A stretch of 64,000 nucleotides of DNA from Patescibacteria group bacterium (lineage in GTDB: Bacteria; Patescibacteriota; Patescibacteriia; 2-01-FULL-39-33): contig JBAZKF010000001.1 of NCBI GenBank assembly GCA_041650895.1, forward strand, positions 829,181 to 893,180, written 5' to 3'. Below the pieces are notes generated by a model. That model saw only the letters and a program-made list of their open reading frames with translations. It searched no databases and was not told the origin of the DNA. Positions 36,588-44,962 of the stretch are shown here, in pieces (position 1 is the stretch's first letter; the number at the start of each line of letters is the position of its first letter). Both the position numbers and the translations under genes were made by a program.

Positions 36588-38372
36588 ATGGAAATCAGAA
36601 ATATCGCAATCATCGCTCACGTTGATCATGGCAAAACCGCTTTGACCGACAAATTACTCAAGCAGACCGGCATGGTGTCTGAGGATTTTTCTATGGATCA
36701 AAACGCCCTGGAAAAAGAACGCGGCATCACAATTTATTCCAAAAACGGTTCGTTGTTTTACAAAGACACTAAGATTAATATCGTGGATACTCCGGGTCAT
36801 GCCGATTTCGGTTCTGAAGTGGAGCGGGTTCTACGCTCCATTGATTCGGTTATTTTGGTGGTGGACGCGCAGGAAGGACCCATGCCTCAAACCAGATTCG
36901 TCTTGAAGAAATCATTGGAATTGGGCATTAAGCCGATCGTCGTCATTAACAAAATTGATAAGCCGGCAGCTCGGCCGGATATTGTTCAGGAAGAAGTATT
37001 TGAATTATTTTTGGATTTAGGCGCGACTGATGAGCAATTGGAGTTTCCGGTGGTTTATGCCATTGCTCGTGAAGGGTTTGCCAAAATTAATTTGGATGAT
37101 CTTAATCATGATTTGACTCCGCTTTTGGAAACTATTATCGCTAAAGTAGCGCCGGCTAAAAATGACACGGCTAGCCCGTTGCGCGCCCAGCCCTTTAACT
37201 TGGCTTATGACGATTATCTGGGCCGTTTGGCCATTGCTCGAATTTATGAGGGCACGATTAAAAATGGTGATAATATAGTAGTCAAGAAGCCTGATGGCAC
37301 GGTGATGGACGGGAAAATCACCAAACTGTTCACTTTTCGCGGTTTGAATCGTGAGGAAGCGGTCGAGGCTGAGGCGGGCGACATTGTTATGATCGCCGGC
37401 TTGCCTGATATTTATATTGGCGATACGATTTGCCGGGATGCCGGTCAAGAGAGCTTGCCGGCTATTAGTATTGACGAGCCGACTATCGCTTTGAATTTCT
37501 TGGTCAACAGCTCGCCGTTTGCCGGCCGGGAAGGAAAATATGTCACTAACAAACAAATTAAGGAGAGATTGCAGAAGGAATTGGAAGTCAATGTCGGTTT
37601 GAAAATTGATTTTTCTTCTTCTGAATATTTTAAGGTTTTCGGTCGCGGAGAATTGCATATTGCTATTCTGCTTGAGAACATGCGCCGTGAAGGTTATGAA
37701 CTGTCAGTTTCCCAGCCCCAGGTTATCATCAAAGACGTCGTCGGAGTAAGATCCGAGCCGTTTGAAGAAGTGACCATTGATATACCAACCGATTATTCCG
37801 GTTCGGTGATTGAAAAAATGTCCAAGCGCAAGGGCTTGATTAAAGATATGAAAACCGAAGGCTCGCTGACCAGGATTATTTTTGAAACTCCTACTCGCGG
37901 ACTTTTGGGTTATCGGGGAGAGTTCACTGTAGATACGCGCGGTGAAGGAATTTTATGTTCCCGTTTTGTCGGCTTTAAGCCGTATGCCGGTGAAGTAGAA
38001 AAACGCGATGTCGGCAGTATGATTTCCATGGTCACCGGTAAGACCGCCAGTTATGCCTTGGCTAATTTGGAAAATCGCGGCTTATTGTATGTCGGTGGCA
38101 GTGTGGAGGTTTACGAAGGCCAAGTTATCGGTAACGTAACCAAAGGCAATGATTTGACGGTTAATCCTATCAAAGGTAAGAATTTGACCAATATGCGGTC
38201 TTCCGGCGCCGATGAAGCTATTAAACTGACCCCGCCCTGGGAACTGTCTCTGGAACGAGGATTGGAAGTTATGGCCGAAGATGAATATTTGGAAATTACG
38301 CCGTCTAATATTAGATTGCGCAAACAGATGTTGTTAGAAGTGGAACGTGTTCGCCAGGCCAGAAAAAATTAG
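36588..38372 (+). CDS. typA: Translational GTPase TypA/BipA
   Basis: IRNIAIIAHVDHGKT, DTPGHADF, NKID, EF-G-like domain arrangement without domain IV, 594 aa. Confidence 0.9.
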   Translation: MEIRNIAIIAHVDHGKTALTDKLLKQTGMVSEDFSMDQNALEKERGITIYSKNGSLFYKDTKINIVDTPGHADFGSEVERVLRSIDSVILVVDAQEGPMPQTRFVLKKSLELGIKPIVVINKIDKPAARPDIVQEEVFELFLDLGATDEQLEFPVVYAIAREGFAKINLDDLNHDLTPLLETIIAKVAPAKNDTASPLRAQPFNLAYDDYLGRLAIARIYEGTIKNGDNIVVKKPDGTVMDGKITKLFTFRGLNREEAVEAEAGDIVMIAGLPDIYIGDTICRDAGQESLPAISIDEPTIALNFLVNSSPFAGREGKYVTNKQIKERLQKELEVNVGLKIDFSSSEYFKVFGRGELHIAILLENMRREGYELSVSQPQVIIKDVVGVRSEPFEEVTIDIPTDYSGSVIEKMSKRKGLIKDMKTEGSLTRIIFETPTRGLLGYRGEFTVDTRGEGILCSRFVGFKPYAGEVEKRDVGSMISMVTGKTASYALANLENRGLLYVGGSVEVYEGQVIGNVTKGNDLTVNPIKGKNLTNMRSSGADEAIKLTPPWELSLERGLEVMAEDEYLEITPSNIRLRKQMLLEVERVRQARKN

Positions 38373-38420
38373 AAAGACAATTTTGGTTGAATAATTATCA
38401 GATTATTATATAAAAGATTA

Positions 38421-38452
38421 AAACCCCTTCGGCCAGTCGAAGGGGTTTTATA
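38421..38452. terminator. Bidirectional terminator (AAAACCCCTTCG-GCCAGT-CGAAGGGGTTTT)
   Basis: Perfect 12-bp palindrome arms with A/T runs on both sides. Sits between convergent typA and minus-strand genes. Confidence 0.65.
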
Positions 38453-38512
38453 ATTCAAAGTGCTAAGCGGTCGCTAAGTGGTCAAGGTGATAGAACTGGG
38501 TGCTTCGTTTTT

Positions 38513-38842
38513 CTAATCAATCAATTTCTTGATTCCTTCCATATCAACCCAAAACAACCGATAGCATCTAATCTCGAATATTACGCAATTGAATGATTGT
38601 ATTAAAGCGCAAATAATGATCAGCATGGGTAGAACAACACTCGCGCAACCAATCAGAGTCAACCATTGAAATTTTAAAGCGGCGACAACTCCCATAATAA
38701 CAAATAGTAGGCCTATCAAAAACGCTATAATCACGCCAACCAGTAAAATCACGCCTTGCCAGCGCTTAGCCCTGATCTTTTTTTTGAACAGTGATTTTGC
38801 CGTTTCGGCCTGTTTCAGTAGGGCTTCTTTATCTTTTATCAT
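38513..38842 (-). CDS. Hypothetical small membrane protein (2 TM)
   Basis: 109-aa ORF with AAGGAG SD. Confidence 0.45.
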   Translation of the reverse strand: MIKDKEALLKQAETAKSLFKKKIRAKRWQGVILLVGVIIAFLIGLLFVIMGVVAALKFQWLTLIGCASVVLPMLIIICALIQSFNCVIFEIRCYRLFWVDMEGIKKLID

Positions 38843-38853
38843 TATTCTTCTCC

Positions 38854-39321
38854 TTATACCCAGTGAGCTTGGCCGTTTGTAATCAATTCTTCTAATTCTA
38901 CCGGTGATAAGCCGTAACTGCCTTCCTCATTTTCCCACCAAAGACTGTCTTCAAACGACATTAGTTCGTATATCCCGGGTGTCAGCCCGACCGTTTTTTC
39001 TGGGGGAGAAATTTTCATGTTATACAGCACCGCCGGACTAAGTAATTCGATTTTTCTCTTGATTATTGGCCAGGGAGGCGAATGTACCAGATCTGACAGA
39101 TCAGCATTGTCATCTATCCCCGGATAATACCAACCGCTGTAGATTCCTTGGCGGCTGAGCCAGCTTTCAAGGAATAGCAAGCCGATAGTCATGGCAATGA
39201 AAACGATTAATGGCGGTATGATCTCCAGCCGGCCCGTGGCCAAGGAGCAGATTAATACGGATACTAGAATTAGAAGCAGGCCCAACTCAAAGATGACCGT
39301 GGCAGAAACCTTGATTTTCAT
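38854..39321 (-). CDS. Hypothetical membrane protein
   Basis: 155-aa ORF with GGAGGG SD and 2 TM helices at N-terminus. Confidence 0.45.
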   Translation of the reverse strand: MKIKVSATVIFELGLLLILVSVLICSLATGRLEIIPPLIVFIAMTIGLLFLESWLSRQGIYSGWYYPGIDDNADLSDLVHSPPWPIIKRKIELLSPAVLYNMKISPPEKTVGLTPGIYELMSFEDSLWWENEEGSYGLSPVELEELITNGQAHWV

Positions 39322-39593
39322 GGTTATCCCTCCAATCGTTGATTTTAAGGTTCTTTTTGCTTATTTTAAGCTTATTTTGTTGATAATTTATTGTATCATA
39401 TTTCTAAAGAAAGTCAAGGTGTCCAGTTTAACTTTAGATTGGCACTTATTTTTATTTGTTATTTAAATGGCAACCATTGACATTTTATTGGCTTTTTTTA
39501 AGGTTTTGCGTTATAATTCAGACATGTGGATAAATCCGGCGCCAAGTCGCCGCGACCGCACTTAAATAATTAAACAACTAATAACAAAGATTT

Positions 39594-39875
39594 ATGGCTA
39601 AGATGACCAAATCTCAAATCATCGCCGCTTTGGCTGATGCCACAGAGCTGTCCAAGAAGCAGGTCGTGGATTTAATGGACAAGATAGTGTCCATGGCTTA
39701 CAGTGAAGTAAAGAAGAGCGGTGAATTCGTTGTTCCCGGCATTGGCAAGCTGGTCAAAGTCCAGCGCAAAGCCCGAGAAGGCCGCAATCCGGCTACCGGC
39801 GAATCCATTAAGATTCCAGCTAAGACTGTCGTAAAATTCCGCGTGGCAAAAGCTGCTAAGGAAGCTGTTCTGTAA
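39594..39875 (+). CDS. hup: DNA-binding protein HU
   Basis: MTKSQIIAALAD...G.F.V.GIGKL.KV.R.AR.GRNP.TGE.I.IPA..VVKF..AK, 93 aa. Confidence 0.9.
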   Translation: MAKMTKSQIIAALADATELSKKQVVDLMDKIVSMAYSEVKKSGEFVVPGIGKLVKVQRKAREGRNPATGESIKIPAKTVVKFRVAKAAKEAVL

Positions 39876-39898
39876 TTTCAGTTTAGTTAAATTATCAT

Positions 39899-39931
39899 TA
39901 AACCCCGCTTGGCTCGCCAACGGGGTTTTTG
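39899..39931 (+). terminator. Rho-independent terminator after hup
   Basis: CCCCG...CGGGG stem followed by TTTTT. Confidence 0.5.
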
Positions 39932-39950
39932 GTATGCTATAATATAGTAT

Positions 39951-41303
39951 ATGCCGACTAAAAAAATAAAAACTCTGCCTCGCAAGGCTTGGGTGGTGAC
40001 GGTGGATATGGGTTACGGTCATCAACGCGCCGCTTATCCGTTCAAGGATATTGCCCAAGGCGGTATAATTTCCGCCAACACCTACCCCGGAATTCCGGAT
40101 AAAGATAAATATATCTGGAATAATAGCCGGGTATTCTATGAATTCGTTTCCCGCTTTAAAATGGTGCCGATAATCGGGGAAGCGGTGTTTGATTTGTATG
40201 ACCGGTTGCAAGAGATCCCCAGTTTTTATCCGCGTCGCGATTTGTCCAAATCCACCGTCCAATTGAAAGAGATTTATAAGTTTTTTAAGGAAGGCGAATG
40301 GGGCAAACATTTGATTAAAAAGTTATCGCGCAAGCCCCTGCCGTTTGTAACGACTTTTTTCGCCACCGCTATGATGGCGGAATATTTTGATTATCCGGCG
40401 GAAATTTATTGCATTTTATGCGATGCCGATATTTCTCGCGCTTGGGTTCCGCCTGAGCCGAGCAAAAGCCGAATTATTTATTTTGCTTCCAATCGCCGTG
40501 TGGCCGATCGTTTATTATTGTACGGCGTCAAGCCGGAGCGGGTGATTTTCACCGGTTTCCCGTTGCCTGAAGAAAATGTGGGCAAAAGTTTAAGTATCTT
40601 GCGCAAGGATTTGGGTCGGCGTCTGCCGATTTTGGATCCGCAAAAAGTTTATATCAATCAATACAAGAAAGTCTTGGTGGCACAGTTGGGTCGCCACAAC
40701 CTAAAAACCAAAGCTACCCGTCCACTGACTATCACTTTTGCCGTCGGCGGCGCTGGCGCGCAACGCGAGTTGGGCATTGCCATCGTGGAAGGTTTGCGCG
40801 AACAGATTTTGGACGGTCAGGTGCGAGTCAATTTAGTGGCCGGCGTCAATCAGGATGTAGCCAAGTTTTTCCGCGATTCTTGCAAACAATTAAAACTTTG
40901 CCGGGAATTCGATCGATCAATCCATATTTTGTATGAACCGGGAAAGATGGAATATTTCAAGAAGTTTAATGAATTGTTAAGAGAGACGGATATCTTATGG
41001 ACTAAACCGTCGGAATTGTGCTTTTACTGCGCCTTGGGCCTGCCGATTGTTATGGCGCCGCCCATCGGCAGCCAGGAAAAGTTTAATCGCAAATGGCTGA
41101 CATTAATCAATGCCGGTATTGATCAGGATGATCCTCGATATACGGGCGAGTGGCTCAAGGATTGGTTGAATTCCGGTTGGCTGGCTGAGGCGGCGATGCA
41201 AGGATTCATTGAAGCGCCTAAATATGGCACCTACAATATTAAGAAAATAATCTTCCATCGCGAGAAAGAATTCAAGAAAGTCAAGACAGTATTACAATAC
41301 TAG
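39951..41303 (+). CDS. Putative GT-B fold glycosyltransferase (MurG/MGDG-synthase-like)
   Basis: N-terminal VVTVDMGYGHQRAAYP resembles the glycine-rich G-loop of GT28-type enzymes. Second glycine-rich stretch TFAVGGAGAQRELG mid-protein. Assignment tentative. Confidence 0.35.
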   Translation: MPTKKIKTLPRKAWVVTVDMGYGHQRAAYPFKDIAQGGIISANTYPGIPDKDKYIWNNSRVFYEFVSRFKMVPIIGEAVFDLYDRLQEIPSFYPRRDLSKSTVQLKEIYKFFKEGEWGKHLIKKLSRKPLPFVTTFFATAMMAEYFDYPAEIYCILCDADISRAWVPPEPSKSRIIYFASNRRVADRLLLYGVKPERVIFTGFPLPEENVGKSLSILRKDLGRRLPILDPQKVYINQYKKVLVAQLGRHNLKTKATRPLTITFAVGGAGAQRELGIAIVEGLREQILDGQVRVNLVAGVNQDVAKFFRDSCKQLKLCREFDRSIHILYEPGKMEYFKKFNELLRETDILWTKPSELCFYCALGLPIVMAPPIGSQEKFNRKWLTLINAGIDQDDPRYTGEWLKDWLNSGWLAEAAMQGFIEAPKYGTYNIKKIIFHREKEFKKVKTVLQY

Positions 41304-41406
41304 AACCAATTACAAATCAATAATTGCTAATTATAATATTCAGTTGTATCTTTGTTTCGTAATTCGTAATTTGAAATTCGTAATCTTATGAGTGATTATT
41401 GATAAT

Positions 41407-41862
41407 ATGGAAAAGCAAATACATGTTGTTCTAGACAATATTCGCAGTTTGTATAATGTCGGGTCAATTTTTCGTACCGCGGATGCTTTGGGGGTATCAA
41501 AGGTTTGGCTAGGCGGCATTACCGGCACTCCCGAACAAAAAGGAGTGAAGAAGGTTGCTCTGGGGGCGGAAGAAGCAGTACCTTGGGAACATATTAAACA
41601 GCCTTGGCGTGCAGTTGAAAAACTTAGACGCCAAGGTTTTAAAATCGTGGCTCTGGAATTGACAAAAGACAGCCAGAATGTTAAGGTATTCAAGCCAAAG
41701 TTCCCCTTGGCTTTGATTGTAGGCAATGAGGTTGCGGGCGTTTCGCCGGCATTACTGAGTCGTTGCGACGCTGTAGTGCATATCCCGATGCGGGGAGTAA
41801 AAGAATCATTAAATGTTTCTGTGGCTTTCGGTATTGCGACGCATGAAATTATAAGCAAATAA
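41407..41862 (+). CDS. SpoU/TrmH family RNA 2'-O-methyltransferase
   Basis: VLDNIRSLYNVGSIFRTADALG...LIVGNEVAGVS...CD..V.IPM.G...SLNVSVA.GI. Exact 22-mer TTCGTAATTTGAAATTCGTAAT upstream. Confidence 0.75.
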   Translation: MEKQIHVVLDNIRSLYNVGSIFRTADALGVSKVWLGGITGTPEQKGVKKVALGAEEAVPWEHIKQPWRAVEKLRRQGFKIVALELTKDSQNVKVFKPKFPLALIVGNEVAGVSPALLSRCDAVVHIPMRGVKESLNVSVAFGIATHEIISK

Positions 41863-41866
41863 ACTT

Positions 41867-42091
41867 ATGGAGATTAAAATTATCGATGGCGCCAATATGG
41901 ATATTGATCTGGTCTCCGGGGATGAAGCGTCTTGGCAACAAATGAGGTGTCCATGGAATGAAGCGGAAGGAGTAAAGAGCCATAGGTGCGCGGTGAAGAA
42001 TATTTCCATTTGTGATTATTTTTGCGGCATAGAATATTTGGATAATGTTAAGTGTTGTTATCCGGATAAGAATGAATTAGTGGATAATTAA
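41867..42091 (+). CDS. Small cysteine-rich hypothetical protein
   Basis: 74 aa with 7 Cys. Starts 5 nt after the methyltransferase stop. Confidence 0.35.
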   Translation: MEIKIIDGANMDIDLVSGDEASWQQMRCPWNEAEGVKSHRCAVKNISICDYFCGIEYLDNVKCCYPDKNELVDN

Positions 42092-42136
42092 GTGAAACAA
42101 CCATAGTTTAAAATTAATAATTAGTAATTTAATATT

Positions 42137-42209
42137 CGGGGTATAGCGCAGTTGGTAGCGCGCGCCGTTCGGGACGGCGAGGTCGTGGGTTCAAGTCCCG
42201 CTACCCCGA
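42137..42209 (+). tRNA. tRNA-Pro (anticodon CGG)
   Basis: Hand-folded cloverleaf: acceptor CGGGGTA/TACCCCG with C1-G72, D-arm GCGC-AGTTGGTA-GCGC, anticodon stem CGCCG/CGGCG with loop TTCGGGA, T-arm GTGGG-TTCAAGT-CCCGC, discriminator A, no encoded CCA. Confidence 0.85.
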
Positions 42210-42376
42210 TAAATAAAAAAACCGCCTTAAGCGGTTTTCTTATTTAATGAGGCGGGACTTGAACAGGTCAGAAGTGAGACAAGCGCGAGAGCGCGCAGTC
42301 GAACGTCGCCAACCTGCCAGTGACAGGTTGGCGCTGACCCTGGACGAGCTGAGCGAGAGCGAAGCGAGATGATATT

Positions 42377-42390
42377 TCCCGCTACCCCGA
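42377..42390 (+). repeat. 14-nt exact direct repeat of tRNA-Pro 3' end (TCCCGCTACCCCGA)
   Basis: Identical to 42196-42209. An inverted copy of the T-arm (GCGGGACTTGAAC) lies at 42251-42263. Confidence 0.6.
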
Positions 42391-42449
42391 CATAATGAAA
42401 CATCTCATTTTTTTCATTTTTTCGCACCTTACAAATAGGAGAGCGCAAC

Positions 42450-43202
42450 ATGCGTTGGCAAAAGAAACAGGCTCAGGTTGAAGGGCTAGTTTATGACGCG
42501 TTGGCAGAATTATCTGAATGTTTGTCCATTGAATTAAGCTGTTACCCCGAGGTTTGGTGGATCGGTAAAACCGTCAAGTTTAATGATCTTGGTTTGCCTA
42601 AATCATTAAAAGACGAATTTGAAATAAGGTTGGCTGGCGGTTTGAGTTATTATTTGGTAAAGCAACAGATAATAATCATTGGTAGTAAATCAACCAGACA
42701 TTCCATTTTAGAGGAATCGTCACACGCTTTTAATTTTTTGTCTTCCGGTGTCTCTTATAAAGTAGCCAATAAGAGAAGAAATGTTAAGGATTATATGGCA
42801 CTGGGGATGCTGGTTGAGTTGATGGGGATGTTAGGTGCCAGATTGCTCGGCAGTGATTGGGAAAATCCCTATGAAGATTTCCCCGATCTGATGCTATTTG
42901 ATGATAAATCGAGAGATAATATTCGACGGGTGTTGCTTGAAGCTTTAGGTGAAAATATTGATTTTGAAGAGTTTTTTATCCACCAGCAGGATTATGGCTT
43001 AGCCGATAGGATTTATGCCAAATATCTAAGCGGTGAAGTCGGCTTGGCTTGGATTAGAAAGCTGTTCCTTGATGATTTTAGCGGGCCGGATGGAGCGATA
43101 AACGCCTATACCAGATTAAGGAATAGATTTTGGCCCAAAGAATCTAGCAAGTTGCAATTGAGCGACTTGCTTTTAATTTTATTAAATTGTCCGGCCAATT
43201 AG
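42450..43202 (+). CDS. Hypothetical protein
   Basis: 250-aa ORF with AGGAGA SD, no recognisable domain. Confidence 0.5.
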   Translation: MRWQKKQAQVEGLVYDALAELSECLSIELSCYPEVWWIGKTVKFNDLGLPKSLKDEFEIRLAGGLSYYLVKQQIIIIGSKSTRHSILEESSHAFNFLSSGVSYKVANKRRNVKDYMALGMLVELMGMLGARLLGSDWENPYEDFPDLMLFDDKSRDNIRRVLLEALGENIDFEEFFIHQQDYGLADRIYAKYLSGEVGLAWIRKLFLDDFSGPDGAINAYTRLRNRFWPKESSKLQLSDLLLILLNCPAN

Positions 43203-43291
43203 GTAGACATTTGGTGCATATTAATTTTGCTTGTGGTATAATATTATGGTATACTATATTTAACTAACTTGGAGGGTAATTTAACTAAATT

Positions 43292-43711
43292 ATGTTGAAG
43301 AATATTCTTGGCTTTGCAAGGAAGAGTCAATCCAAAAGTCAGACCAAAAAAATTTTAGTCGTAGAAGATGATTCTTTGTTGTCTAAGGTGCTGGCGGAAA
43401 CCCTGAAAAAAGAGGGTTTTGAAGTTATGGTGGTTGATAACGGCAATGACGCCGTTACTATGATCAGGAAGTTTTTGCCTCAATTGATTCTATTGGATCT
43501 GGTTATTCCTGGCATTGACGGTTTTGCAGTGCTTAAAGAGTTGAAGGCTGACGACAAATTAAGGAGTATCCCCGTAGTTATTTTGTCCAATCTTGACGAG
43601 ATTGGCGATGTTAAATCAGTTAAAGCGCTGGGTGCCGATGATTATTTCATAAAAGCCAATACGGAAATGAAGAAGATCGTTGATTATGCCAAAAGAGCAT
43701 TAAAGGCTTAA
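43292..43711 (+). CDS. Single-domain response regulator receiver (CheY-like)
   Basis: KILVVEDD...LILLDLVIPGIDGF...IPVVILSNL...LGADDYFIKA. Confidence 0.75.
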   Translation: MLKNILGFARKSQSKSQTKKILVVEDDSLLSKVLAETLKKEGFEVMVVDNGNDAVTMIRKFLPQLILLDLVIPGIDGFAVLKELKADDKLRSIPVVILSNLDEIGDVKSVKALGADDYFIKANTEMKKIVDYAKRALKA

Positions 43712-43742
43712 TTGAATTAAAAGATTAATACGAAATATCGTT

Positions 43743-44126
43743 ATGGCGAAGGAAGGAACAAAGATAATTTTGATGGTTGAAGACGATGAAGTCCTGCTGA
43801 GGGCGCTGTATTTGGTTTTTCACGAAGGCGGTTTTACTATTGCCACCGCCACCGATGGCGAAACGGCCCTGCGCATGGCCGAAAGGACAAAACCAGACAT
43901 TATCTTGCTGGATTTACTGTTGCCCAAGATGAACGGTTTTGAGTTTCTTAAGAATATTAAGGCCAATGCAAATTTACGGTCTATACCGGTAGTGGTTTTG
44001 TCTAATTTGGGTGATGATGACAATGTCAAGAAAGCTAAGGATTTGGGCGCTGTAGATTATTTTATCAAGGCCGATACTGATTTATCCGTCCTGAATGATA
44101 AAGTCAAGAAAATTTTAAACACTTAA
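43743..44126 (+). CDS. Single-domain response regulator receiver (CheY-like)
   Basis: ILMVEDDE...DIILLDLLLPKMNGF...IPVVVLSNL...LGAVDYFIKA. Confidence 0.75.
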   Translation: MAKEGTKIILMVEDDEVLLRALYLVFHEGGFTIATATDGETALRMAERTKPDIILLDLLLPKMNGFEFLKNIKANANLRSIPVVVLSNLGDDDNVKKAKDLGAVDYFIKADTDLSVLNDKVKKILNT

Positions 44127-44138
44127 AAATAACAATAG

Positions 44139-44960
44139 ATGAAGAACAAATGGTTAAATCTCGTGCTGCTTTTAACCAATCGCATCTATAATCGCAAACA
44201 ACTCATCGTAGGGCAAACTGGTTTGGAGGCAGTTTATAACATTTTCCTACTTTTTCTCTGGGAGATATTTTTAGCCGTGGTCTCTTTTCCTCTTTACCTG
44301 ACTCTGAAATCGCGCGAGGTCACAGCTTATTTTGCTGACCGGGGGTCGTATGCCCAGGTGAATTTTGACTATAATTTGCGTCGCATTTTGACTGTTACCG
44401 GTGTCGGCGCTATCGCCCTGGTTTGGCTGATAAAACTATTGATTATTGTTTTAACTCCGACTATTTTCGGCCCTTTGCAGCTTTACTCTGTGGGTGATTT
44501 ACAGCCGGCCGATATTACGCAAAAAGATTTGGTGGCAACTGACACTGGCATTCAGACGGCTCGCGTAGTGAGCACCATAGCCAGACCGGAGTTGCAGCAA
44601 GTCAAAAAAATTCGAGGGGGCAATTACGTCTTTTCGGGCATCGGACAACCGCTGACTACGGTTGTTTTATTATTGTCGGACAAACAGACTGCCGTGTATA
44701 CGGCCGACGCTGATAGCCAAGGCAAATGGCAGATAGAACAGTTACAGAGTAACTTTCGTTTAAGCGAGGGCAATCATTCGGTGTTGGTTTTTAATTACGA
44801 CAAACAACAGGGGATAAGGAGCGAGACCGCGCCAACTCAATATTTTAAAGTGGCTACGAACTGGTTTGATTTAGCCGCTAAGAACGTTGATTCCTTGGCT
44901 AATTGGTCGGTGGTCATTATTATCCTGTTAGGAATTTTCTTAACCATTCTAACCCTTTAG
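44139..44960 (+). CDS. Membrane protein, miniature paralog of the adjacent giant protein (N-terminal TM region + one Ig-like domain + C-terminal TM anchor)
   Basis: N-terminus (K.KWLNL...AVVSFPLYL...RRIL.V.G.GA..L...KLL) aligns with the giant protein N-terminus. VLLLSDKQTAVYTADADSQGKWQIEQ matches the giant C-terminal Ig-like segment VIVYIHSDQALIYRTHTDSQGNWRIDH. Hydrophobic C-terminal anchor. Confidence 0.6.
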   Translation: MKNKWLNLVLLLTNRIYNRKQLIVGQTGLEAVYNIFLLFLWEIFLAVVSFPLYLTLKSREVTAYFADRGSYAQVNFDYNLRRILTVTGVGAIALVWLIKLLIIVLTPTIFGPLQLYSVGDLQPADITQKDLVATDTGIQTARVVSTIARPELQQVKKIRGGNYVFSGIGQPLTTVVLLLSDKQTAVYTADADSQGKWQIEQLQSNFRLSEGNHSVLVFNYDKQQGIRSETAPTQYFKVATNWFDLAAKNVDSLANWSVVIIILLGIFLTILTL

Positions 44961-44962
44961 CT

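Noticed and set aside
42240-42335. Possible second, minus-strand tRNA suggested by inverted TTCAAGTCCCGC T-arm sequence
   Set aside because: No complementary acceptor or T-stem could be built, so it is a fragment, interpreted as part of the att-scar.
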